In this document: one piece after another, positions 19,503 through 27,748 of the stretch
How the letters are laid out: every line of letters begins with the position of its first letter
How positions within the stretch are numbered: the stretch's first letter is position 1
DNA from: Gammaproteobacteria bacterium
GTDB taxonomy: Bacteria; Pseudomonadota; Gammaproteobacteria; JABCZS01
Length of the DNA: 64,000 nucleotides
Direction of reading: 5' to 3'
Assembly (NCBI GenBank): GCA_021773275.1
Contig: JAJFKJ010000030.1
Coordinates: 36,552 to 100,551, forward strand
The notes under the pieces: model-generated
Seen by the model: only the letters and a program-made list of their open reading frames with translations
Databases searched by the model: none
Told to the model about the DNA's origin: nothing
Translations under genes and position numbers: made by a program

Positions 19503-21170
19503 ATGGTCAAAAAGGTACTCCCTGAGCAAAGCGCTGAGCCTTCTGATGAGCTAGATGAACTGCGCCTAGAAAATAATTTTTTAAAGAAAATCATTGCGCA
19601 GCTACCTATCCACATTTATTGGAAAAGCAAAGATGGCCATTATCTCGGGTGTAATGAATTGCAGGCTAAATCTTTAGGTTTATCTTCTCCCGAAGACATT
19701 ATTGGCAGAACCAGCTATGAGCTGGGCTATGGCGATATGGCAGAACAAATTATCGAAAATGATACAAAAGTCATGGCCGGCAATAAAACGCTTATAGCAG
19801 AAGAGGTCGTGCCTGAGAGAGACGCAGGCAATCAAACCTACATCTCGAGAAAAATTCCTTTATTAGGTAGCAATGGCGAAACATTAGGTCTGTTGGGTGC
19901 TTCGGTTAATATTAGCAAGCAGAAAGAACTCGAGGTAGAGCTGCGAGAAGCCAACCAAAAACTTGAGGCCAGTAAACAAAAAAGCTATGAACACGTTGCC
20001 AAGCTACATCGCTTGGTTACTGGGCAGGATGGGCCTGAAGGTGCTTCGATAGCGCTTTTAATAGATAGCGTATCTGATTTTCTTGAAAACATTATCGCCA
20101 AAGTGCCAGGGCATATCTATTGGTATGACAAAAATAATGTTTACCTGGGTTGTAATGATGAGCAAGCCGTTTCAGCAGGCTTGAAGTCCCGCAAAGACAT
20201 AGCCGGTAAAACAAATTTCGATATGCCTTGGCACGCGCAAGCCAAGGCGCATGAAGAATACAATAATAAAGTGATGGAAAGCGGTAAGGCGCATATTGAA
20301 GAGGAGTTGGCGGGTACACCTGACAACCCTAAAGTTTATTTGTCTAAAAAAGTGCCCTTGAAAAACAACAGGGGAGAAGTGATTGGTGTTTTAGGTTCCT
20401 CAATTGATATCACTAGGCAAAAAGAACTAGAAAATAAATTGCAGGCAGCTAAAGAAGAAGCGGAAGCTGCTAACAAAGCAAAAACCATGTTTATCGAAGA
20501 TGCCAGCCACAATGCGCGTACACCTTTGGCTAGTATCTATGGCGCAAAAGAGTTATTCAAGGTGCAACGCGATAATTTTAATGCTGAGCAGCAGGAATGG
20601 ATAGATATCTTAGATGAAAGTGTTAATCGCTTCCAAGATATGATCGAACGTATTCTAGATTTTTCTCGGATTGAGGGTGGCCATTTTAAAATAAAGCACG
20701 CGCCCATAGATTTTTATGTTTATGTGCATCATATGGCTGATACTTTGCAGGGGCAAGCCAACGAGAAAGGTCTTAAGTTAACAGTTGATTATGCTGCTGA
20801 TATGCCGCACCGTATTGTTAGCGATGAATATTGCATTAACAGTATTTTATTAAATTTGTTGAGCAACGCGCTTAAGTTTACTGAAAAGGGCGTGATTTCG
20901 ATAAATGTTTCGCGAGAAAAAGACCGCTTGTTGTTAGTTGTGTCTGATACAGGTTGTGGTATTAGGAAGGAAGATCTCGAGCAGATATTTGAACGTTTTA
21001 ACAAAGTTGTGCCATCGTCCCGTTTAGACAACCAAGGCTATGGTTTAGGTTTATCGACGGTGAGGTATATGGCAGCCTTCCTTGAGGGCGATGTGAGCCT
21101 TAAGAGCGAGCCTGGCAAAGGCAGTACCTTTACCTTAAATATTCCACTAGAGGTTCCTGAAAGTGAATGA
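19503..21170 (+). CDS. PAS-PAS sensor histidine kinase
   Basis: Two HIYW..YLGCN PAS domains; ASHNARTPL, NLLSNALKFT, DTGCGI, GYGLGL, GKGSTF. Confidence 0.93.
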   Translation: MVKKVLPEQSAEPSDELDELRLENNFLKKIIAQLPIHIYWKSKDGHYLGCNELQAKSLGLSSPEDIIGRTSYELGYGDMAEQIIENDTKVMAGNKTLIAEEVVPERDAGNQTYISRKIPLLGSNGETLGLLGASVNISKQKELEVELREANQKLEASKQKSYEHVAKLHRLVTGQDGPEGASIALLIDSVSDFLENIIAKVPGHIYWYDKNNVYLGCNDEQAVSAGLKSRKDIAGKTNFDMPWHAQAKAHEEYNNKVMESGKAHIEEELAGTPDNPKVYLSKKVPLKNNRGEVIGVLGSSIDITRQKELENKLQAAKEEAEAANKAKTMFIEDASHNARTPLASIYGAKELFKVQRDNFNAEQQEWIDILDESVNRFQDMIERILDFSRIEGGHFKIKHAPIDFYVYVHHMADTLQGQANEKGLKLTVDYAADMPHRIVSDEYCINSILLNLLSNALKFTEKGVISINVSREKDRLLLVVSDTGCGIRKEDLEQIFERFNKVVPSSRLDNQGYGLGLSTVRYMAAFLEGDVSLKSEPGKGSTFTLNIPLEVPESE

Positions 21171-21549
21171 GCCAGCAAAAAAAATGCATGTGCTATTGGT
21201 TGAAGACACGCCAGCAGCACGCAAAATTGCTGAGACATTTTTAAAAGTCTGGGGCTGCGAGGTCGCAACAGCAGAAGACGGTACCTCAGCACTTGAGTTA
21301 AGCAAACACACAGCGTTTGACTTAATTTACATGGATTTAGGCTTGCCAGATATTGATGGCATAGAGATTGTAAAAAGAATCAAGGAAGATTCTGAAAACA
21401 GCAATAGCAAAACCCCTATTATCGGCCTTACGGCAGATGCTAGCCAAGAAAAAATCGATACCTGCATACAAGTAGGCTTTAAAGAAATTCTAAAAAAACC
21501 TCTCACGCAAGACATGCATGAACAAATTTTGCAGCGGTATTTACCGTAG
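21163..21549 (+). CDS. Single-domain response regulator
   Basis: LLVED, IYMDLGLPDIDG, IGLTA, KP; overlaps the kinase stop. Confidence 0.93.
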   Translation: MNEPAKKMHVLLVEDTPAARKIAETFLKVWGCEVATAEDGTSALELSKHTAFDLIYMDLGLPDIDGIEIVKRIKEDSENSNSKTPIIGLTADASQEKIDTCIQVGFKEILKKPLTQDMHEQILQRYLP

Positions 21550-21670
21550 TTTCAAGCCAAATGTAACAAAACTTTTCTAAACCCCCCTGTGTTCACAATT
21601 TGACACACCTCTTCAGGTATTGTTCAGCCGTACCCCCGTATTCTTGTAATTAACAAGAGGGGGAAACATT

Positions 21671-22354
21671 ATGTCACTAGCAGCACAACAACAAGCAGCA
21701 ACCAACACACCCATGCGGTTTCGTGTTTCAGGTTACTCGCAATATGATAACTTCGTGCAACGGCCTGGTGTTAACCCCCATATTGCTAGAGCTTACCGTT
21801 TTTTGTCAGAACGCGGTCGGCTAGATAAAGTGTCAGTGGAGCGGTTGTCTGGTGTTGATTACATGTCGCTAGAAGCCTTACAGCAAGCATTGATGAAGCA
21901 CTTCTTCCCCTATAGTGCTTTAAGCTTGAAAAAGGTTGAGAGCGTGATCAACACCGATACACCCCTGAATAAATATGAGGCTAGAGTGTTGCTAAGCTTG
22001 TTCCAGCGTGGCGTTGTTTACAATATGTTGTTTGAGCAAGAACAAGCTTATTTGTCAGTCGGTAAAAACTGCGTTGTTCTAGAGAGCAAGCATAAGCAGC
22101 CATTAAAAGACAAGTTAACGAAAATTTTGGCTGATGAAAATACCATGAAATTGTTAGCTGCTGACCAGACACTGGACAATGTTTTAGTAAACAACAAGAC
22201 GGCAGCTCAGCTACTACGTGACCTTGACGCTGTGCTTGGTAGAGGCACGGAAGATGATGTCGTCAAGGAGCTCACTGGTTTCACTACAGGTAAAAGGGTA
22301 GATAAGGTTTTTAACGGTGTTGGGAATAAGCCTACTATAAGTTTCGGCATATAG
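21671..22354 (+). CDS. Hypothetical protein
   Basis: 227-aa ORF with GAGGGG RBS; no motif recognised. Confidence 0.7.
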   Translation: MSLAAQQQAATNTPMRFRVSGYSQYDNFVQRPGVNPHIARAYRFLSERGRLDKVSVERLSGVDYMSLEALQQALMKHFFPYSALSLKKVESVINTDTPLNKYEARVLLSLFQRGVVYNMLFEQEQAYLSVGKNCVVLESKHKQPLKDKLTKILADENTMKLLAADQTLDNVLVNNKTAAQLLRDLDAVLGRGTEDDVVKELTGFTTGKRVDKVFNGVGNKPTISFGI

Positions 22355-22363
22355 TCGCAAATA

Positions 22364-22385
22364 TGGTGGCTATGGGTGGACTCGA
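22364..22385 (-). other. att site: duplicated 3' end of a tRNA (likely elongator tRNA-Met)
   Basis: Reverse complement TCGAGTCCACCCATAGCCACCA is a T-loop half plus acceptor stem plus CCA; would pair with a 5' GGCTATG; the rest of the tRNA is absent. Confidence 0.8.
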
Positions 22386-22394
22386 GCAGAGGAA

Positions 22395-22458
22395 TAACTA
22401 GTTGTTTTATATGAAAATATAAAACAGCCGTCTAAAACAAGCCCCCAAGCAGGCCCCC
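22395..22458. promoter_or_regulatory. IHF-like site and tandem arm-type integrase binding sites
   Basis: TAACTAGTTGTTT is a near-match to the IHF consensus; GCCCCC at 22441 and 22453 (12-bp period) resembles P4-family att arms. Confidence 0.5.
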
Positions 22459-22591
22459 TCCTTGTATCCTTTTTTGCGCTGGGCCATTAATCTTCCGCAA
22501 TGGTAACAATATTTTCAAAGAAAATCCATATACCGAAATAGTGTCGTCACAAAATCACGTTAGTCGAGCCTCTCTTGGCAGCACGAACCAT

Positions 22592-22617
22592 AACTCCTGG
22601 TTTTAGGAGTTTTTTTT
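22592..22617 (+). terminator. Intrinsic terminator upstream of alpA
   Basis: AACTCCT-GGTTTT-AGGAGTT hairpin followed by a T run. Confidence 0.6.
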
Positions 22618-22729
22618 GTTCAAGTGCGAGTCAGGTGTACCATGAAGGCATGCCGACTCCTGTTATCGCCAATATTTTTTTATTGTGTAATCCCTTAGTA
22701 TTTCTGCTTTAGTGTTGCGGGAGCGGGTT

Positions 22730-23107
22730 ATGAAAGATAATGAAATATTGCTTAATATATCTACATTTTTGGCAGATAATGAAAATAAGAAAATCACGCA
22801 CGCCAAACTAAGAGAGTTTGTAGCAAATATCTTGACTAAGAAGTCGGAGGGAAGCTATTACTTGCCTTCTACAGGATTTTTACGGCTAAAAGATATTATT
22901 GGCGATCGCAACGCAAGCCCACCCATCCCTGCGATTCTTCCTATAAGCCGTACTACTTGGTGGGAGGGGGTAGAGGAAGGTAAATATCCTGCCCCTCTGT
23001 TTATTGGGTATCGCACCGCAGTGTGGCCTATAGAAGAAATTTTTGCCTTAATTCAGAAGATTAAAGAGGAAGCACCAAGAGGGAGGGCCCGTGATGGCAC
23101 CCTCTGA
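22730..23107 (+). CDS. alpA: AlpA-family regulator/excisionase
   Basis: GFLRLKDIIGD..ILPISRTTWWEGVEEGKYPAP..GYRTAVW; next to the att site. Confidence 0.85.
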   Translation: MKDNEILLNISTFLADNENKKITHAKLREFVANILTKKSEGSYYLPSTGFLRLKDIIGDRNASPPIPAILPISRTTWWEGVEEGKYPAPLFIGYRTAVWPIEEIFALIQKIKEEAPRGRARDGTL

Positions 23108-24086
23108 GATACCGCTATTCTCTGTAGGCCGGCTTTCCCAAATAGACCTAGAACATCCAGAAGAGTTTTGGCAGGGACGGGTTTTGTCGGCTGGCTCATG
23201 TGTGCTGATTGCTGGTGCTCGCAAATCACATAAATCCGATTTCTTTTTAGAGCTTGCTGTAAGGGCAGCAAGCGGCGGGATATTTTTAGGAAGGCGATTT
23301 TCCCGCCCATTAAAAGTAATGTACGTTCAAGCCGAGATTCGTAAAGCCTATCTGAAAGAGCGAATCGAGACCTTTACAAGGCATTGTGATGAAAAGAGCT
23401 TGTCGTTAATCCATGAGAACCTCTATGTGACCGATAAGTTTAAATCTAGTTTAAATAAAAAAAGCGACCTCAAGCACCTGTCCGACACTGTCAATAAAAT
23501 AAAGCCTGATATCCTCGCGCTGGACCCTATCATCAGCTATGCAGATATTGATGAAAACTCAGCCCAACAAGTTTCCGCGTTGCTTTATGAGCAAATTGGT
23601 GAGTTGCAGACTGTGAAGCCCTCCCTAAGTATTGTCCTTGTTCACCATTTCAAAAAGACAGCGGCGGGTGCGGATAGTGGCGATGTGTTTTTGGATGTTC
23701 GGGGAAGTTCAGTGTGGCTTGGTTGGTATGACACAGGTATTGTGCTTAGGAAAAATGATGACATTGTGACCCTTCACTATGAGACACGTGATTGTCGCCC
23801 GCCAATGCCTGAAACTATAAAGCTAAATCGTGAAAAAGGTTGGTGGGAAGTGATTAGCGCCCCGGCAAGCGATCTCCAAGGCAAAATAGATCTGGGTATA
23901 AATATTATACGCGGCAATACCAAGCCCATTATGTCAGGAAGCTTAAAATCGTTGCTGATGCAACGATTAGATATACAAGAAAGGCACGCATACCATGTTA
24001 TCGGTGAGCTGAAAAACCACCCCAATATCGTCACGCATCGCGAGGGCAGGTATCTGTTTTTTTCATACGATTTGAAAGGGTGTTAA
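23091..24086 (+). CDS. RepA-like AAA_25 helicase/ATPase
   Basis: LIAGARKSHKS (variant Walker A), VMYVQAE, LALDP, DEN, VLVHHFKK, RGSS. Confidence 0.8.
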   Translation: MMAPSEIPLFSVGRLSQIDLEHPEEFWQGRVLSAGSCVLIAGARKSHKSDFFLELAVRAASGGIFLGRRFSRPLKVMYVQAEIRKAYLKERIETFTRHCDEKSLSLIHENLYVTDKFKSSLNKKSDLKHLSDTVNKIKPDILALDPIISYADIDENSAQQVSALLYEQIGELQTVKPSLSIVLVHHFKKTAAGADSGDVFLDVRGSSVWLGWYDTGIVLRKNDDIVTLHYETRDCRPPMPETIKLNREKGWWEVISAPASDLQGKIDLGINIIRGNTKPIMSGSLKSLLMQRLDIQERHAYHVIGELKNHPNIVTHREGRYLFFSYDLKGC

Positions 24087-24204
24087 TCATGATTTTGGCA
24101 GAGCAACTTCAGGGTGTTAATAACTGTACCAGAATCTGTGCAGTTGTCATTGCAGTAATGGCTAAAAATTTAATTGTAAAAATTTCAAAAACTTATCAAA
24201 AAAC

Positions 24205-24331
24205 AATAACTGCACTACTGCATCACTTTCAAAAATATTGCAGCAATCGTTTTATTTTTATTTTCAATCAGTTACAAATAACTGCACTACTGCACCCTAC
24301 TATGTAGGGGGAAGCCCAGCTTCCCCTTACA
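24205..24331. repeat. 18-bp direct repeats plus hairpin (possible replication origin)
   Basis: AATAACTGCACTACTGCA at 24205 and 24277; 13-bp stem hairpin at 24303-24331. Confidence 0.7.
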
Positions 24332-24374
24332 GTAGTGGTTGTAAGCTCGCAGTAACATAGGGAGTACAAAAAAG

Positions 24375-24938
24375 ATGAGCCGTTTACATCTACTGACAAA
24401 GCTAGGCCCCGGACGGGCTGGCGAAATGTGTTTTGGTAACCCAGGGCAGCAGGGGATAACAGGGGCTGAGGTTGCAGCGGCATTAATTGGGTTGGAAGAT
24501 GGCCCTTTAGCTTTTGCCTATTGGCATGGAACACAAGACGAGGTAAGCAAATCCCAACTTCGGGATTGTTTGGCTACGGATTTACAGCGTGTAGCTACAG
24601 TGCAAGGCTGGAAACGGAAAAATGATATGGAATTGTTTGTCCGAATGAGTAGGGCCGCCATCGCAGAAGCATTTTTAAGCAAGGAAATATGCAAATCATG
24701 TTGTGGGTTTGGAATGCAAAAAGGAAAAATATGCTGCAAGTGCCAAGGCCTAGGTAGGAGCGCTTTAACCCGTAAAAAAATATCAGAGTTATGTGGGGTG
24801 GCATCATCTATGTGGAGGTCAAGGTATGAGGCAAAATATAATGAGCTGAAATATCTCATATCTGAATATCAATGGAGTGTTGAAAGAAAATTACATGCTG
24901 CGTTTTCTAATAAAAAACAAGAAGATGAAAAAAATTAA
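24375..24938 (+). CDS. Lambda-Q-family transcription antiterminator
   Basis: ITGAEVAAAL (lambda Q LSGTDVMAAM), zinc finger CKSCCGFG..CCKCQGLG, C-terminal HTH with W..RY...Y..L. Confidence 0.8.
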   Translation: MSRLHLLTKLGPGRAGEMCFGNPGQQGITGAEVAAALIGLEDGPLAFAYWHGTQDEVSKSQLRDCLATDLQRVATVQGWKRKNDMELFVRMSRAAIAEAFLSKEICKSCCGFGMQKGKICCKCQGLGRSALTRKKISELCGVASSMWRSRYEAKYNELKYLISEYQWSVERKLHAAFSNKKQEDEKN

Positions 24939-24957
24939 TATTTATTTGTTTTTGGGC

Positions 24958-24998
24958 TTGCACAAGTGATGATGATTTGATAGTATAAATCCCATGTT
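24958..24998 (+). promoter_or_regulatory. pR'-like sigma70 promoter with a -10-like pause element
   Basis: TTGCAC-17 bp-TAGTAT, then 6 bp, then CATGTT (xAxxxT), the same spacing as lambda pR' TAAATT-6-AACGAT. Confidence 0.65.
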
Positions 24999-25018
24999 GA
25001 TAACTACGCCTATATTTC

Positions 25019-25049
25019 AAAGCCCTGCCCCCGCAGGGCTTTTTGTTTT
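25019..25049 (+). terminator. Intrinsic terminator (tR'-like) between promoter and operon
   Basis: AAAGCCCTGC-CCCC-GCAGGGCTTT followed by TTGTTTT. Confidence 0.85.
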
Positions 25050-25111
25050 GAGCAACTAAAAATCCTATCAGCACAATAATTAAATATTTCGCACATATAA
25101 ACTAAACACCA

Positions 25112-25426
25112 ATGACTAAATCACTGACAAAGCGCCAGCGGACAGCTTATGTCAGTCGTGCGGTGAGAATGATTGCCAAGCAATACGATTTAGACACTGG
25201 CGGTCAAGTCAGTGGTGAGGTTCGGCTGTTTTCTAATATCATCAGGCGTGGGCTAGATGATTTGTTTCCAAGTAAGGGCATGCTCAAAGGTAATGAAGAT
25301 GCCGCCACAGTGGCTGCTTGTGCAAAACATTATTTAACTAGCGGTTTGCTTGATGAGCATGCCGATTATTGCGGTATTGAAGCTGATTGGATTCGAAGAA
25401 AATTAAACGAGTTAGAAATCCTCTAA
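25112..25426 (+). CDS. Hypothetical protein
   Basis: 104-aa ORF, first gene after the terminator. Confidence 0.65.
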   Translation: MTKSLTKRQRTAYVSRAVRMIAKQYDLDTGGQVSGEVRLFSNIIRRGLDDLFPSKGMLKGNEDAATVAACAKHYLTSGLLDEHADYCGIEADWIRRKLNELEIL

Positions 25427-25477
25427 CTTATTAACTTTTAAATTAAACAAGATATCAACATAGCTTGAGGTAGTACT

Positions 25478-27730
25478 ATGCGTGAAACACAAATCTTAGC
25501 CAAATTAAGTGGCTGGGATACAGGCGGCCCAAATGGGCCATTATCAAAATGGGTTGATGCCTTGCTGGATGGTGAAGATGCGCAAGCATCACCAGGTGAT
25601 TTTACTGATAAAGTAGCATTGCAAAAAACAATGCTTCACGCTTTTTTCAAGGTTATTAGCGAGCATGACCACTCATCTAAAGAAGACCTATTGCGAGCAG
25701 CTTATGCTTTATTGATATTTCCGCAGCTGAAAATACCTTTTGTTGATGATGTGGAGCGTCTGCGCGAAATAGCGCAGATGCTTTCACCTAAAGTTCGACA
25801 CTTTGTGGCACATGAGAAGCTATCAGAATTTCTAGAGGGGCATCATGCTTTTATCTGGGGGTTGAGCATTGATGCAAACGCTGCCAAAAAGCAAGGCGCT
25901 AGTCGAGAGTTTTGGGTTTATGCATTTTATTCAATGTCTGTTTCTGTGCCGCTTGCTTTGATATCTCGTGAGCATCAGAGCCAGCAACAAAAATGCATGG
26001 TCATTACAAGTGAAGAGGGCCAGCAGGCCCAGTCTGCATTGATGATAGGGCAGGTGCTGCGTGATATTGCATCGTTTTTAAATGCAAAGCCAAGCGTTTC
26101 ACACGAGGACATGGGCTGTGAGCTTGGCTGGCTAACCGCTTTGTTTGACGAGAATTGCGATGAACGATTGCTCGATAAAATTGGCTTTTATAAAGCACCA
26201 TGGCCTAGCTCTTGGGGAGATGCGTCTCGTGGAGCTCGAGATGAAATTACAACACAGTTACGCGCTATGGGGATACGTATTGCCACGATGGTGCCGCATT
26301 ACTGGCTATTCTCAAGAGGTTATTCATTGCCCCGTGAAACTGTTATCGCGCTGCATGCCTACCGCAATAATTTGTTAAGCGGCCCAAGTACCTGGGATTC
26401 TTTCCGCAATACTGGGCGTTGGATGCTTGGTATGCCCTTGCGTGATATTGGCGTCTTAAAACAAGAGTATCAACTGATTGACGGGATACTGCGCTGCGAC
26501 CGCATGGGATTTTTAAATCTTCGGGTATTGCAGCAGTTTTCTAATAATCTGTCTGATGCTATTAAGTACGGGGACAGCAAGACAGGCTTATTACACAAGC
26601 AAGCACAAATGGCTGTGCGTCGTGAGCTTTATAAAAAGGCGCAGCACTTGCCAGGCCCGGGCATTCAGATTCCAAGTAATGATGTCTTGAAAAAAATACG
26701 TCAAGCACTTGCTAGTAAAACTGCGCAGATACCTAGTCCTATCCGGGGCAGCGGCGGGCCAACTAGACATATGCTTATTTATGGTGTGTCTGAGCAAGAT
26801 AAAGACAAACATGTGCATAGCAAAGAATGTGGCAGGGCGCAAAAAGCCGAAGTCTATCGATTTATTGATGAGCAAAACAATCTTGCTGCGTTAACCCTAA
26901 AAGGTTTGCTCGATTTGCTCACGCAAATGTGCTGCTTTGAGTGGAAATTAGGATGTCAAAAATCACCCATTGCAAGCGCCTTGCCTGCCCAGGCAAGCCT
27001 GTTCAAAGATGAGGTCATTTATTGGGTGGTTGTGCAGCTTTGCACTATTGCTGGGGGGTATGGTGAAGATAAAGCAGCGGCGCTACGTGAAACCACAAGG
27101 CTTGCGCAACGTGATGGTGTAATGCGTTACATTAGAGATAAAAAAACCGAGGCCACACTTAACATTGAGCAACTGCAACTATTGATTGACACAATGAGCT
27201 GGTACACCTGGGAGGATTTTTGCGCTGAACAGTTTGTGACATGGATGCCAAGCAGTGGTTGCGACAAGCTTATTGAGCAGGTTAAAAACCAGCAAACAAG
27301 GCAAGCTGAGTTTATACGTGAGTATATTGTTGAACAAATGATCGCAGGCACACTAAGCCTGGCAGGCCTGCATGAAAAAATAGACAGCTCCTCTTGGTAT
27401 ACCCCGGACATGCTGCAAAAAGAAGAAGCGATATCCACTGTTTCGGGCTTTGCTGGAAACACGCTCACTGAGCAGGTATTCGCGCAAATTCAGCTACAGC
27501 TAGAGCCCTTGTACACATACATCAAAGAACAAAAAAACGCAGGAACTTTATCGTTGATTGAATTAGAAAAACAAGTAGAAAATCTTGGGTGGTGTAGCTG
27601 GCATGAATTCAAAAAACTGCCAGCTGTAGATTGGCTGGATAAAGATGATGCGCAAACATTTTGGGAGCAGGTAGGGCGCATCCTTAAACAGCAAGAGGGA
27701 AAATCTAGCCCTAAAAAATGGTTTAGGTAG
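25478..27730 (+). CDS. Large hypothetical, effector-like protein with C-terminal ~65-aa repeats
   Basis: 750 aa, GAGG RBS; repeats of YI.EQ..AGTLSL..L...I....W. Confidence 0.75.
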   Translation: MRETQILAKLSGWDTGGPNGPLSKWVDALLDGEDAQASPGDFTDKVALQKTMLHAFFKVISEHDHSSKEDLLRAAYALLIFPQLKIPFVDDVERLREIAQMLSPKVRHFVAHEKLSEFLEGHHAFIWGLSIDANAAKKQGASREFWVYAFYSMSVSVPLALISREHQSQQQKCMVITSEEGQQAQSALMIGQVLRDIASFLNAKPSVSHEDMGCELGWLTALFDENCDERLLDKIGFYKAPWPSSWGDASRGARDEITTQLRAMGIRIATMVPHYWLFSRGYSLPRETVIALHAYRNNLLSGPSTWDSFRNTGRWMLGMPLRDIGVLKQEYQLIDGILRCDRMGFLNLRVLQQFSNNLSDAIKYGDSKTGLLHKQAQMAVRRELYKKAQHLPGPGIQIPSNDVLKKIRQALASKTAQIPSPIRGSGGPTRHMLIYGVSEQDKDKHVHSKECGRAQKAEVYRFIDEQNNLAALTLKGLLDLLTQMCCFEWKLGCQKSPIASALPAQASLFKDEVIYWVVVQLCTIAGGYGEDKAAALRETTRLAQRDGVMRYIRDKKTEATLNIEQLQLLIDTMSWYTWEDFCAEQFVTWMPSSGCDKLIEQVKNQQTRQAEFIREYIVEQMIAGTLSLAGLHEKIDSSSWYTPDMLQKEEAISTVSGFAGNTLTEQVFAQIQLQLEPLYTYIKEQKNAGTLSLIELEKQVENLGWCSWHEFKKLPAVDWLDKDDAQTFWEQVGRILKQQEGKSSPKKWFR

Positions 27731-27748
27731 CACGAGGAGAAACAAAAC

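Noticed and set aside
22364-22440. Complete tRNA gene
   Set aside because: Only the last 22 nt are tRNA-like; no anticodon or D arm follows, so it is treated as an att fragment
22700-25450. Prophage
   Set aside because: AlpA, RepA-like and Q-like genes are phage-type, but no terminase, capsid, tail or lysis genes follow
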